Source: Chiloscyllium plagiosum
Taxonomy: Eukaryota
Assembly: GCF_004010195.1 (NCBI RefSeq)
Contig: NC_057718.1
Coordinates: 76,337,606-76,401,605 of the forward strand
Length of the DNA stretch: 64,000 nt
Direction: 5' to 3'
Under the pieces are notes generated by a model. It saw only the letters and a list, made by a program, of their open reading frames with translations, ran no database searches and was not told the origin of the DNA. Position numbers and translations under genes: made by a program. Below, one piece after another: positions 25,187 to 38,606 of the stretch; position 1 is the stretch's first letter; every line of letters starts with the position of its first letter.

Positions 25187-26413
25187 ATGAATACTGCAGT
25201 TTGTACCACATCGCTGCCCGAAGAACAATTTCATGTAGTTGTCTCAGGGGAAAGTGTTAAGTTTCTGAACAGCCTAACCCAAACTGAAATCTGTCAAGAA
25301 GGAAAACCAGATTCTACAAATTCAGCTGATCAGGGTACTGGTGCTGCTACGTTGGAACTGAAACTATTCAGTAGCACCTCTGAAAAGAGTATTTTCCAAG
25401 ATGTTGCTATAGGATATTCTTCATTTCAGGAGTCACCTTGTGAGACTAGTAATAAGTTGCCCATGTTTCCGGGAGATTTTGTGCAACATGAAGATTTTAA
25501 ATGCTCCCGTTGCGAAAAGACCTTCAAAGAGTTATATTTATTCACTGCTCATCAACGCTTCCACAAGAATGAGGATGCATTGAAATGTAAGGTGTGTGAC
25601 AAAGTGTTCATGCATATGTCGAGTCTCCTGAAGCATCACCGTATTCACACCGGTGAGAGGCCATTCAAGTGCGAGGTGTGTGGAAAGGCCTTCTCCGTTT
25701 CATCAAGCCTGTTGCAGCATCAACGTATCCATACAGGTGAGAAGCCCTTTCAGTGTGATGTCTGTCTGAAGCGCTTTACTGAATCCTCTTCGCTTAAAAC
25801 ACATCAACATATCCACACGGGTGAGAAGCCATTCAAATGCTCTGAGTGTGGGAAGGGTTACAGCAGGTCATCACAGCTGCTCATCCATCAGCTCACGCAT
25901 ACAGATGAGAAGCCTTACCAATGTACTATTTGTCTGAAAGGTTTCATCCAGTTCACCCACCTCACCAATCACCAGCGGGTTCACACTGGTGAGAAGCCAT
26001 TCCAGTGCAACCTCTGTCAGAAGCGTTTTGTCTCCTCCTCCTCACTTGCATCACACCAGTACATTCACACTGGTAAAAAGCCATTTAAGTGTGAGATGTG
26101 CGATAAGACCTTTACGCAATCATCAAACCTCCTGAAACACCGACGCATCCATACTGGTGAGAAACCATTCAAATGTGAGGTATGTGAGAAAACCTTCACC
26201 GTGTCCTCAAGTCTTCTGAAGCACCACCGCATCCACACTGGTGAAAAACCTTTTAAGTGTGACGTTTGCTCAAAATGCTTCATTGATTCCTCTTCTCTGA
26301 CACGGCACCAGCGCATCCACACAGGAGTGAAACCATTCAAATGTGAAGTGTGTGGCAAGGTATTCACAGTGTCATCAAGCCTCTTGAAACATCAGCATAT
26401 GCACAAAAGGTAG
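25187..26413 (+). CDS. C2H2 (Kruppel-type) zinc-finger protein, 408 aa, 11 tandem fingers
   Basis: Uninterrupted ORF with CxxC..HxxxH fingers and TGEKPF linkers; splice acceptor TTTTGTTTTGCAG ending 25158; first ATG (AAGATGA) at 25187; upstream coding exons not excluded. Confidence 0.93.
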   Translation: MNTAVCTTSLPEEQFHVVVSGESVKFLNSLTQTEICQEGKPDSTNSADQGTGAATLELKLFSSTSEKSIFQDVAIGYSSFQESPCETSNKLPMFPGDFVQHEDFKCSRCEKTFKELYLFTAHQRFHKNEDALKCKVCDKVFMHMSSLLKHHRIHTGERPFKCEVCGKAFSVSSSLLQHQRIHTGEKPFQCDVCLKRFTESSSLKTHQHIHTGEKPFKCSECGKGYSRSSQLLIHQLTHTDEKPYQCTICLKGFIQFTHLTNHQRVHTGEKPFQCNLCQKRFVSSSSLASHQYIHTGKKPFKCEMCDKTFTQSSNLLKHRRIHTGEKPFKCEVCEKTFTVSSSLLKHHRIHTGEKPFKCDVCSKCFIDSSSLTRHQRIHTGVKPFKCEVCGKVFTVSSSLLKHQHMHKR

Positions 26414-27104
26414 AAGACCTTCAGCTCTGACACCTGCCAGAAATACTACATTATCTCCTTTTTGGATGCAGTAGTATATCAACACAGGAGGGAATCTATA
26501 CAGCTGTTTCATATTTAGGAAAGGTTTAAGCACATCATACACATTAGCATTCATTCACATGTGACTATCTCCAGTTTTTCACTGCCATAGATTGGCATCA
26601 CTATGACAGAAAAGTTACAGGATCAGTAGGTGAAGTTTCTACTCATATACATTAGTAATGTCAATACAATTTGGACAGGGAAGGGGGCAATCAGCAGAAC
26701 CAGTGCAGAATGTTGGGCAATTTTTAAAAACTGAATTATGCCCAAATCTGCTTAGGTTTGTGTTTTCTGTACTATTTTATGTTAATTCAGAACTCCATTA
26801 GCTAGAATCTGGTCCTGTCCGCAAAACCCTCAGTGGATGTTGCAAGATCTCACAAATTGCTTTTGTTCAGGAAAACTCTTAAAGTTGTACTAATTTTCTT
26901 AGATCACAGCATTAGTGGGCATGTTTTAAATTAATTCCTTTGTTAGTCATTTTCAATGGTTTTAATTAAAATAACATAGAGGTAGAGACTGATTAAAAAT
27001 GCTTATTTTTGCTGATTAAAGATTTTCAGCTGTGTATTTTAGAAAGAAAACTGCATCAAAGACTATTTTTACCAAAAAGGAGAAAAAGAAGCCAATTTTA
27101 ATTC

Positions 27105-27465
27105 TTGTATGACTCATGGGCATCATCGACAAGACTGGCAAGTGTTGTCCATCACTAGTTCTCCTTGATTGGTTTTCTAGGCCATTTCAAAGGGCAGTTA
27201 AGACTTAACCACATTACTGGAGGCCTGCAGTGACACATTGAAGCCAGATCAGGTAACAATGTCAGATTTCTGTCCCTAACATATGCAAGAGATTCGGATG
27301 GTTTTTACAACGGTGTTTACATTGTCGTCATTAGACTAACTCTTAATTCCAGAATTTATTGAATTCAAATTTTTCCAGCTGCCATGGTGGGATCTGAACC
27401 TTTGTCCCCAGAACATTAGCCTATGTTTCTGGACTGTTAGTCTAGTGACACTACCAGTCCACTAG
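27105..27465 (-). mobile_element. Old tRNA-derived SINE with LINE-like 3' tail
   Basis: Minus-strand GGTTCAGATCCCACCATGGCAGCTGG head; tail resembles the 3' end of the 38.8-41.3 kb LINE. Confidence 0.6.
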
Positions 27466-27984
27466 GTAATTACTACCTATCTGCCCTAGTTTCCTGCCAG
27501 ACTGTGCTTGTTTATAGAAAATGTAACACTTTTATTTTTGATCATGCAATTGAATTTGGCAGACATTGAACTATAATCACATCAGTGCAATTTCCATATA
27601 GTCCTTCTGCATTTATATCACAGCCTTCAATCAATCACTCATTTCATAATTAATAAAGCTTTGGAAGCTTACAAGAAATTCAGAATCACTTAAACAAAGT
27701 TATTTTTGTATAGCTCCTTTCATGATCTTAGGATCTTTCAAAATACTTAAGTGCAGTTACTACTATAATATAAGAAACAGGGCAGCCACTTTCCAAGCAA
27801 TAAGCATGAAATAAATTACAAGGCTGTCTGTTTTAAGTTTGACTGTAAATTTGAAACCCATAGAATGAAAGAGTGACAATGTGAATACGTAGGTATCGGA
27901 GTATCAGGAAATAGAGTAATGGTGTGTGGTTTTGTTTTTAGAAACCCAAAACAAAGCATGTCATTACATGGACCACAGGTTCTC

Positions 27985-28375
27985 TTGGCGCATATTAAAG
28001 ATGTATACTTGCGTGTGCAGGGTACAGTTTGAAAATTTGCAGATGACACCAAGCTTGCAAGTATTGTGAATGGTGAAGAGAGGACATAGACTGGTGGAAT
28101 GGACAGAAAGTTGGCAAATGACATTTCTGGGAGATGAATGTGAAATAACTTTTGATGGGAAGAATGAGGAGAGACAACATAAAATAAAAGATATAACACT
28201 AAGAGGTACAAAAGTAAAGGAATTGGTCGTAGATGTGGAAATCCTTAAGTGTCAGTGCAGGTTAAGAAACTAGTTAATAATGCATTTGAGATCCAGGTTA
28301 GTTAGTAATGGATGAATTTCTCTGGCAGCAAGTAGACTTGTGACAATGGACCTTCTGTGCTATAACCATTTATGT
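27985..28375 (+). mobile_element. Degenerate CR1 RT fragment
   Basis: KFADDTKL..LVEWTESWQMTF. Confidence 0.75.
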
Positions 28376-30276
28376 TTCCAGGTGTTAGTTGAGATAGAAA
28401 AATTACAATCACTGCTGCTTAACTTGGGAACTTCATCTCCTTTTGTTATCAGGCCCGAGTTCTTATTTAAAGCTATGATATGTGAACACAAGCATTTCAA
28501 ATGGCACAGTTATGACTGATCCTTCACAATTTGTCAATCAATGGCACCTCTGTTTAATTATGGAATCTACAAAAGAAAATTTAGCTATTCCATGATTGAT
28601 TCAGAATGTTTCAGTAAAAAGTGCATCACTGACTATCTTGCTGACACCTTAAAATAACTCCAATATATAGGAAGAGATGGAATGTAGAGGATCAAATGGC
28701 AACACAAGCACTCCGAAGTCTGCTGTGTTACTGATGCATGTCTGGTTCCTGCTGCAATTGCTTGTTAGAAGCAGGAATTGGATTTCTAAATTCTGACTGC
28801 ATTAAAACAAGTGTGAAGAACCATTGCATAATTACAGTAGCTTTCTTTTGTTATGTCCAGTGAAAATAGTGTTTGTTGCTGATCAATTTTTAAATGTAAC
28901 ATAATTAAAGGGACTAAACACAACTATTAAAATAATGCTTTGCTGATGTGATTTTTCTTCACCTCAAATCTATGTAATATTTAGCATGGAAAATCATTGA
29001 AAGAGATGGAATAAAATAGCCTGAAACACAATCAGTTTTTCTGGAGAGGTTGATGGCTTTGAGTATATGATCCTCCATTTATATTTGTGAAAATGTTATG
29101 CAGACGATTTGTGTACATTAGCAAATGAATGCAAATACATCACATGGTTAAAGAGTGGCTGGATGGGATTCAGCTTTGAAAACCTTCTGATCTTGATGGA
29201 CTGCCTGCATAACTGTTTCTTGTGCTGGTCCTGTCCTTTGTTTTAATCAGCCTCCAGTTTAAGTCAAATTGATGTAAAGTTTATCTTCTCCCAATTGTTC
29301 TAATAGTCTCTTCCTTCTTGGTGCTTGCTAGTTCTAGCTTAGTTTGTGCTTGTAGTTTTACTTCAGGTGAGTTTCATCTCACATGAGTCATGGGGTCCCA
29401 TTGCCTGTTTATAGATTCAACTTCTGATCGTTCCCTATGGTTTTTATTTCTCCTAATGTTACATTGTAGACAGTGATGTTTCTTTGAGAGCAAAGTTTGG
29501 GATCCTGTAGCTCCCATTTCTACGCTCTGTCGATCATGATCAGATAAAAGTAAACAACAACCTGTCTACATCTGTGAACTGTTCAATGCTATCTTGTATT
29601 GTGTAAACTTAAATGATGCATTGAATTGCATAACAATAACTGGTATTTAAAGGGCAAGTGTTCTGAATCATTTTTACTTGCCTGATCTGCTTAAGGTGAA
29701 CTGTCTGATGAAGCAGTTCAACTATGGTGGTATGGGGCATCTGGTGTCTCGTTTGTGTTCATTAGCATTTGTTTAACTAGAATGGTTCAATATTTTAAAT
29801 AAACTCTTAAATCATCTTGAACTCTTAATAAAATATGTCTCTTAACATTAGGTGACAGTAACCTTTTATACTGTTAAATTTCTACCATCTAGCAAAGCTA
29901 CTGTAGTGGAATGTGTGGACATTTCCCTGAATATTTGAATTTTTTTGCTTGCAGTTTTCTGGCATTAAATTACACACTTTCATAATTGTCATGCTTTGCA
30001 AAAGCATGACCAGACTGGAATCAGAAGATTGTTATGCAATGACTTGCCTGCATAGTTTCATTCAACTTCATGACAAAAGGCTAAACATTTAAACATGGCT
30101 TGTATAAATCAAATTCTGAATACTGTTGTAGTTAGAAATTTTGGGACTACACCATGTATTCTGTTATTGTCAGTTGTGATTCGCTAATAGTACTCTTACT
30201 ATTTGAGGCAGAAATTTGATGGTTCAAGGTCTATTGTAGAAACTGAGCACATACTATACTGAAGAAAATGTACTAG

Positions 30277-31193
30277 AGTCATAGAGATGTACAGCACGGA
30301 AACAGACCGTTCGATCCAACTTGTCCATGCCGACCAGATATCCCAACCCAATCCAGTCCCATCTGCCAGCACCCAGCCCATATCCCTCCAAACCCTTCCT
30401 AATGATATACCCATCCAAATGCCTTTTAAATGTTGCAATTGTACCAGCCTCCACCACTTCCTCATTCCATACACGTACCACTATCTGCATGAAAAAGTTG
30501 CCCCTCGGGTCTTTTTTTTTTAATATATCTTTCCCCTCTTACCCTAAACCTATGCTCTCTAGTTCTGGATTCCACCACCCAAGGGAAGAGACTTTGTCTA
30601 CTTATCCTATCCATGCCCCTCTAGAAGGTCACCCCTCCGCCTCCCGATGCTCCAGGGAAAACAGCCCCAGCCTGTTCAGCCTCTCCCTATAGCTCAAATC
30701 CTCCAACCCTATCAACATCCTTGTAAATCTTTTCTGAACCCTTTCACACCATCTTTTCGATAGGAAGGAGACCAGAATTGCAAGCAATATTCCAACAGTG
30801 GCCTAATCAATGTCGTGTGTAGCCATAACATGACCTCCCAACTCCGGTACTCTGTTCTCTGACCAATAAAGAAAAGCATGCCAAACGCCGCCTTCACTAT
30901 CCTGTCTACCTGCGACTTCACTTTCAAGGAGCTATGAACCTGCACTCCAAGGTCTTTTTGTTCAGCAACACTCCCTAGGACCTTACCATTAAGTGCATAA
31001 GACCTGCTAAGATTTGCTTTTCCAAAATGCAGCACCTCGCATTTATCTGAATTAAACTCCATTTGCCACTTATTAGCCCATTGGCCCAACTGATCAAGAT
31101 CCTGTTGTAATCTGAGGTAACCTTCTTCCCTGTCCACTACACCTCCAATTTTGGTGTCACCTGCTAACTTACTAACTATACCTCTTATGCTCA
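30277..31193 (-). mobile_element. CR1 3' portion with terminal tail
   Basis: ORF 30712-31194 WQMEFNSDKCEVLHFG..RPLLEYCLQFWSP; tail CTCTATGACTCT. Confidence 0.93.
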
Positions 31194-31485
31194 CAGAGAA
31201 AATGTTGCTTTGTTGGAAGTGCTGTTTTTCAAATGAGATGCTAAACCAGGACCCTATCTGCCTTCAGGTGAATGAAAAGAATCTTGGTGAGAGGGGTTGG
31301 GTGTGTTGTCACTGGTGTCTTGGTAAGTTAATCTCCCTCAACCAACATCACTAAAGTGGCCTTGCTATGTACAATTGCTGCACTGTCTCCTATGTTGGGA
31401 CAGTGACTATATTTCAGAAGTATTTCATTAATGTCTTGGGATTACCTGAAGTTATAAAAAGTACAATGTAAACACGTTCTTTCAT
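31194..31485 (+). mobile_element. Deu-domain (SacSINE1/AmnSINE-like) SINE 3' part; 5' head at ~30185-30276 separated by the CR1
   Basis: TTCAAATGAGATGCTAAACC..TCTGCCTTCAGGTGAATG..CCCTCAACCAACATCACTAAA motifs; GAAAATGT on both sides of the CR1. Confidence 0.6.
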
Positions 31486-31679
31486 TTTATATTTCAGTGT
31501 CTTGTATATCATCTAATCGATAAACTATCTTCACTGCCTAATAACTAGTCAGGTGACAGCATAACTGGAACTATTAGGTTGTTTCCCCCAGTGTACATTG
31601 TAATGGTTCTACAAATGAGCCTGGAAGTCTGTCTCTCCTGTGTTACTGAAGGAGCACTCTAATTAGGCAAGCTAAACTC

Positions 31680-31858
31680 CAGTTTCCTCCCACAGTCCAA
31701 AAATGTGCAGGTTAGGTGAATTGGCCATGCTAAATTGCCCATAGTGTTAGGTGAAGGGGTAAATGTATGGGAATGGGTCTGGGTGGGTTGCTCTTCGGAG
31801 GGTCGGTGTGGACTTGTTGGGCCGAAGGGCCTGTTTCCACATAGTAAGTAATCTAACT
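31680..31858 (+). mobile_element. HE1-type SINE, 5'-truncated
   Basis: Closely similar to the 3' half of the 54139 copy. Confidence 0.88.
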
Positions 31859-32633
31859 GAAATCATGCGTATAACTGAATATGTATTTACATAATGATTG
31901 TGACTACTTCCTATTGCTCAGATAATACAAATATTTCAGGTTTTATTTTTAATTGAAAAGTAATTCACTTCACAAATCAAAATTCTCACTGAAAGCAAAA
32001 TTTATCTAATTCATTGACTGTTCCCACTGAAATTTGCACAAACACAAAACTTTCTTCTCCAGGTAGCATCCTCAATTATTCAAAGACTCCAAATCTAGGT
32101 AACACTATGGTTTTACTGTGGGTCAGGGAAAAGATGCAGACCACAAATCTTAGCCAGAACAGGGTTTGAACCACACTAATGTGTCATCTAATCAATTGAG
32201 TGAAATGCCCTGCTTTCTGCCTCCAGACCCAAAAGTACAGGTCCGTACATTTCTGATGTATTGAACAGAATACTGAACCTACCCAAAGATCAAGATATTC
32301 CTCTTCATTTGCTCATTGATCCTGTACCTTTAAAGTTGATTGGCTAGAACCAGTGTGAACTGTTATGAAGATAAGCAATTGCTCGAGATCCAAGACTAGC
32401 CTGACACTCTTAATGAAGTAAAAGCAAAATAATGCCCTCCCTTCACCTGATATGTGGTGACTGTCCATTTAAACCACCACCCTCATTTCTCTGAAATAGG
32501 AGAGCAGCCCTATGTTTTGGTAAGACTCTGGTGATTTATTTTTCCATGTGAGGCATTTCAAATATAGCAGCCCCTAGCAGTAGGGGAAAAAAAAATTCAC
32601 ATCCTTGTGACCGAGAATTTCCTTCTATTTCCC

Positions 32634-32922
32634 ATAGAATCCCTACAGCATGGAAACAGGCCCTTCAGCCCTCCAAAGAGTATCCCACCGAAACCCATTA
32701 CTCTACATTTACCCCTAACCTAAGCTCACTATGGGCAATTTAGCATGGCAATTCATCTAACCTGCACATCTTTGGATTGTGGGAGGAAACCCACGTAGAC
32801 ACTGGGCGAGTGTGCAAACTCCACAATCGCCCGAGGCTGGAATGAAACCCGAGGCTGGAATGAAACCCGAGTCCCTGGCGTTGTGAGGTCGCAGTGCTAA
32901 CCACTGAGCTACCATGCTGTCC
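32634..32922 (-). mobile_element. HE1-type SINE with an 18-bp internal tandem duplication over the B box
   Basis: CCCGAGGCTGGAATGAAA repeated at 32830-32847 and 32848-32865. Confidence 0.88.
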
Positions 32923-34939
32923 TAATTCAACAACTCAGCACCGCATGTTGAGTTGACGCAATAAATGCTATTTTCAGTTTATTCAGTGTCCTGGAATGGA
33001 TGGTGTCTAACAATAGAGTATAATGTACTGGCAAGCCATTTCAACACACATTGTCACCCCATCTACCTTTAAATGGTCCAATAGAACTTATGGTATGTAG
33101 TATCAAATCAATAATCATTAAGTACAAGTAACAAAGCAAACCTTTTGCATTGATTTCTTGTATTTTTGTGCACACCTTATGCTCAGAAGGCAAATGAGTG
33201 ATTTGCTGAACAACTAGGCAAAGAACATTCTTCTTCAAAAACATAGGAGAATAAAAACGATTCACAAGTGAGCAGGAAAATAGCTGCCCAACTGTGTGCT
33301 GGAGTGTGAGGACAGGTTGGCAATACATGTACAAAATATTTGAATTGCAGTAAAAGCTTCTAAAGTATGCATCCAGTCCATAATCATAAAAAAAAAATCA
33401 TTCTTGATCATAGTGATACATTGTGAAGGAACAGAAGACATCTAGTACAAAGAGGGTGAAGAAGACCATTGATAATAATTGTGCAAAAATGTTGAATGAC
33501 AGCAGTCAGCGGTAAGGCAACAAAGTTGTCAAACAAGTGCAACTGAACACAATACATACTTCTCTGCATGGGTGTATGATTACCAGATTAGGACAAGTTG
33601 CCAAACCTCCAGAGTGTTTGTCTTTTAAACTCTGTTTGATTGGTTTGTATGATAATTGAATTGGCAACACATGCTTATGTGCAACCATGTATATCTATTA
33701 GGATTAAGTTTTTAATCTTAGTTTTAAAAAAATTGTTTGTTTTACATGGTCAGTATGCCATATACCTTTTGAGGCATGCTCATGATATCATCATTGTATT
33801 GTAGGATATGGTGAGGGTATAAAGATTACAGACTCCACCTTGCATTGGATCACTTGAAATATGGCACCAGACTGGAAGAGTGCTCCTCTGTTATAAACTA
33901 TTAGCTTAGTGTTAGCCCAGATACTTGGGTGTCTGAAGAATCAAACACTTTTACATAATAGTTAATTATAATAAATGTCTCTGGAGTTCTTCAATCCCAG
34001 AATATCCATATCCACATTCTTATGAGAGATAATATAAGCATTGCTACATTGCACAAAACACCAGAAGATACTGATGTGATTTTCTTTCATAAAAGTTGCA
34101 CATTGAACACTACACGATCTTAACAGAGTGAAAATTTTGTCCAGGGGCAAGGGGGTTCCAAATTGGAAGCACGGATTTGCTATGGACCATAGTATGATCC
34201 GTGCACAAGCAAATATAAGTACCTCATTGCAAAGAAGCTCACCAAAGCCCAATTACATCATCATGCTGTACATTGCCACTATGTTCCCAGTTATTTGCAA
34301 CTGGTCCCTGACACAGGCCACATCCTCATTTGCCGTATCTACTCCATCTCGTGCTGAAAGAAACAGACATACCAGTAGCCAGGCATAAACTCAGCAGGAG
34401 GCGGAAGTCTCACAATCACAATAGTTGGGGGGTGGAGAGGCAATAATCTGGTTGAAGCATTTTAACTGGACAAAGCAGCAGTAAAGCAATAGGGTTTTAC
34501 AGTATAACAAGCATTTTCCAGAGCAGAAACATCTTACTGATGTTGATAGCAATCCAGGAATTTGAAGTCAAAAATTAGAAAATCTACAGCCAAGTCCTTT
34601 CAAGATCTTTACTAAAATTCACGATAAATCCACCTTCTCCCTCGGCCAAATCCCCAAATGTTGGAAATAACAGAATTAAATTAAACTCATGAATGAAAAT
34701 ACCAAGATCTCACAGTGGTATCTCTTTTCAGTCAACACCCCAATGCTAGCCTCTCAACTACCAGTCACCAAATCTATGGTGTATCGCAGTGCCTCATCAA
34801 GCTTAAAGGTAACTGTGATAAGCACCTCTAAAGAGGATTTCTATCTCACACTCTGCCAAGAAACATCAAGACTGGTTCAATGAAAATGACTAAGAGATAC
34901 AGGATATAATCAAATGTAAGTGCAAAGCTTTTACAAACT

Positions 34940-36166
34940 TATAATGTCATCATACCCCAAGAGTCTAAGCACATGTTGCTTGCATCTGAGAGAAATGGCA
35001 CAGAATATAGGAGCAGGGCATATAGAGAACATAGAGGAAGTCTTGTTGCAACTTTATAGAGCATTGGTTGGGCCACAGATAGAAGACTGCATGCAGTTCT
35101 GGTCATCACACTATCACAACAATTTGAATGCATTGGAGAGGGTGCAGTGGAGATTCACCATGATGTTGCCTGGGATAGAAATTTTCCATTACAAGGAGAA
35201 CTGGAAAGGCTGAGCTATTTTTCCTTGAGCAGAGAAGACTGTGGAGGGGGGAAGCAGGGACCGGTATCTCATTGAGATATTTCTAAGCTCAACCCATATG
35301 GCTTCATTTGAAGAGTCTTCAAAGATATCTTCCCTCATTTCTGTAGTGACGATGTCCTTTATAAATAATGCAATGCCCCACCTCTCTTATATCACTCCAC
35401 TATCACGTCTGAAAAGTCTTCACTCTGGAATGTTGAGCTGCCAGCCCTGTCCTTCCTTTAACAGTCTTTCCTTTAAATGATTTGGATGTGAGCATAAGAG
35501 GTATTAGTCAATTTGGAAATGACACCAAAATTGGAGGTGTAGTGGACAGCGAAGAAGGTTACCTCAGATTACAACAGGATCTTGATCAGCTGGGCCAATG
35601 GGCAAGTGGCACATGGAGTTTAATTCAGATAAATGCAAGATGCTGTATTTTGGGAAAGCAAATCTTCAACACTTAATTGTGAGGTCCTCGGTAGTGTTGC
35701 TGAACAAAGACACCTTGGACTGCAGATTCATAGCTCCTTGCAAGTGGAGTCACAGGTAGATAGGATAGTGAAGAAGGTGTTTGGTATGCTTTTCTTTATT
35801 GGTCAGCGTACTGAGTACAGGAGTTGGGAGGTCATGTTGCGGCTGCATGACATTGGTTAGACCACTGTTGGAATATTGCTTGTAACCCTGGTCTCCTTCC
35901 TATCGGAAAGATGTTGTGAAACTTGAAAGAGTTCAGAAAAGATTTACAAGGGTGTTGGCAGGGTTGGAGGATTTGAGCTACAGGGGGAGGCTGAACAGGC
36001 TGGGGTTGTTTTCCCTGGAGCGTCAGAGGCTGAGGGGTGACCTTCTAGAGGTTTACAAAATCATGAGGGGCATGGATAGGGGGACAAGATTGGGTTGGGA
36101 TATCTGGTCGGCATGGACGGATTGAACCAAAGGGTCTGTTTCCATGCTGTACATCTCTATGACTCT
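34940..36166 (+). mobile_element. Cluster of CR1 fragments (old plus 34940-35260, minus endonuclease piece 35260-35475, younger plus 3' part 35476-36166)
   Basis: CMQFWS..LERVQ; GGVVDSEEGYLRLQQDLDQL; CR1 terminal tail. Confidence 0.85.
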
Positions 36167-38079
36167 ATGAACAGGTCTCAGCGGTTGCAACAATATTATA
36201 TTCCCATGCGCTGATCAGTGCTCTAAGTGCCATCTGCCTTCTCAGACAGGTTCCCTGTCTTAGATACAATTTAGCTTTCTGGTCCTCCCATGTGCCTTGT
36301 CCTAGCAGTCCTTTTATATCTGATTTCACCTTGCTTCTGACTTTACATCTATTCAGGGAACTGGAAGTGAGATTTGCAGGATGCAAGTTCATAAATAAAT
36401 TGATTGCCAGTATCGTTAAAACAAAAACACCTGAACAAATCTCAGACAAACACAGACTCCTGGCAAGCATCCAGACGGAGGTCCAAACCCCAAACGAGTC
36501 AATCACAACTAACGACTTGCACGACTCTGAGGCAGAGAGTGTCCAGGAAAATCCCAACGATCAGAAACCGCGCCAAAGTGCCAGCCGAAAAACACCGGCA
36601 TCGATCCCTAAGCACAGGGACCCCTTTACTTGCCTTCAACACACTTCATCCACCTGGACACCCCACGCTGGCCTATTACCCGCCCTCGATCTCTTCATTT
36701 CCAACTGCCGCCGAGACATTTACCACTTCAAACTGTCTACCCCCCTCCCTCACTTCGACCTCTCACCCTCGTAACGCGCAGCCCTCCACTCCCTCTGCTC
36801 CAATCCCAACCTCACCATCAAACCAGCGGTTAAAGGGGGTATAGTAGTAGTTTGGCGCACTGACGTCTACACCGCTGAAGTCAGATGCCAACTTGAAGAC
36901 ACCTCTTCCTACCGCCCCCTCGACCATGACCCCACGCCCCCATCACCAAACCACCATCTCCCAGACCATACAGACACTCATCACCTCAGGAGATTTCCCA
37001 CCCACAGCTTCCAACCTTGTTGTCCAGGAACCTCACACCGCCCGATTCTACCTCCTTCCCAAGATCCACAAGTTTGACCACCTCAGCTGACCCATTGTTT
37101 CAGCCTGCTCCTGCCCCACTGAACGCATCTCCACCTACCTCAACACTGTCCTATCCTCCATAGTCCAGGAACTCCCTACATACGTTCGAGACACCACCCA
37201 CACCCTCCGGCCCCAATGCCTCATCTTCACCATGGACATCCAGTCCCTCTCCACCTCCACCCGCCATGACCAGGGCCTCCAAGCCCTCCATTTCTTCCTC
37301 TCCCAACATCCCCGACAGTACCCTTCCACAGACACTCTCATTTGGCTGAACTGGTCCTCACCCTGAACAATTTCTCCTTCGAATCCTCCCACTTCCTCCA
37401 GACCAAAGGGGTAGCTATGGGCCCCAGCTATGCCTGTCTCTTTCTTGATACGTGGAACACTCTATCTTCTGTAGTTACACCGGCACCACTCCCCACCTCT
37501 TCCACCGCTACATTGATGACTGCATCGGTGCCATCTTGTGCTCCCGCATGGAGGTTGAGCAGTTCACCAACTTCAACATATTCCACCCTGATCTTAAATT
37601 CACCTGGACCATCTCTGATACCTCCCTCCCCTTCCTGGACCTTTCCATCTCCATTAATGACGACCGACTTGACACTGCCATTTATTACAAACCCACCGAC
37701 TCCCACAGCTACCTGGATTACACTTCTTTCCACTCTATCACCTGCAAAATTGCCATCCCATATTCCCAATTTCTCCGCCTCCACCGTATCTGCTCCCAGG
37801 AGGACCAATTCCACCACAGAACACACCAGCTGGCCTCCTTCTTTAGACACTGCAATTTCCCTTCCCATATGGTTGAAGATGCCCTCCAACGCTTCTCATC
37901 CACATTCCGCACCTCCGCCCTCAAACCCCACCCCTCCAACCGTAACAAAGACAGAACCCCCCTGGTCCTCACCTTCCAACCTACCAACCTTCGCATTAAC
38001 TGCATCATCTGCCGACATTTCCGCCACCTCCAAACGGACTCCACCACCAGGGATATATTTCCCTCCCCACCCTTTTCTG

Positions 38080-38447
38080 NNNNNNNNNNNNNNNNNNNNN
38101 NNNNNNNNNNNNNNNNNNNNNNNNNNNNNNNNNNNNNNNNNNNNNNNNNNNNNNNNNNNNNNNNNNNNNNNNNNNNNNNNNNNNNNNNNNNNNNNNNNNN
38201 NNNNNNNNNNNNNNNNNNNNNNNNNNNNNNNNNNNNNNNNNNNNNNNNNNNNNNNNNNNNNNNNNNNNNNNNNNNNNNNNNNNNNNNNNNNNNNNNNNNN
38301 NNNNNNNNNNNNNNNNNNNNNNNNNNNNNNNNNNNNNNNNNNNNNNNNNNNNNNNNNNNNNNNNNNNNNNNNNNNNNNNNNNNNNNNNNNNNNNNNNNNN
38401 NNNNNNNNNNNNNNNNNNNNNNNNNNNNNNNNNNNNNNNNNNNNNNN
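38080..38447. other. Assembly gap
   Basis: Run of N. Confidence 1.
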
Positions 38448-38571
38448 TTCCACCCTCCCCTCTGACCTGTCACCTCCATCCCCACCCCCATTCTCCTATT
38501 GTACTCTTTGCTACCTTCTCCGCCCTCCCCCCGCCTCCAACTTCTCTCCACCTTGGAGGCTCCCTGCCTCC

Positions 38572-38606
38572 ATTCCTGATGAAGGATTTTGCCCGAAACG
38601 TCAATT
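38572..38606 (+). ncRNA. Minimal hammerhead motif in PLE terminal repeat
   Basis: CTGATGA (38576-38582)-AGGATTTTGCCC-GAAACGTC (38595-38602); stems weakened relative to other family A copies. Confidence 0.75.

Noticed and set aside
26065..26367. Antisense ORF over the zinc fingers
   Set aside because: Typical shadow ORF of C2H2 arrays.
34220..34360. Possible minus-strand exon (acceptor TTTCTTTCAG, donor GAG|GTACTT)
   Set aside because: Stops in all three frames and no recognisable protein.
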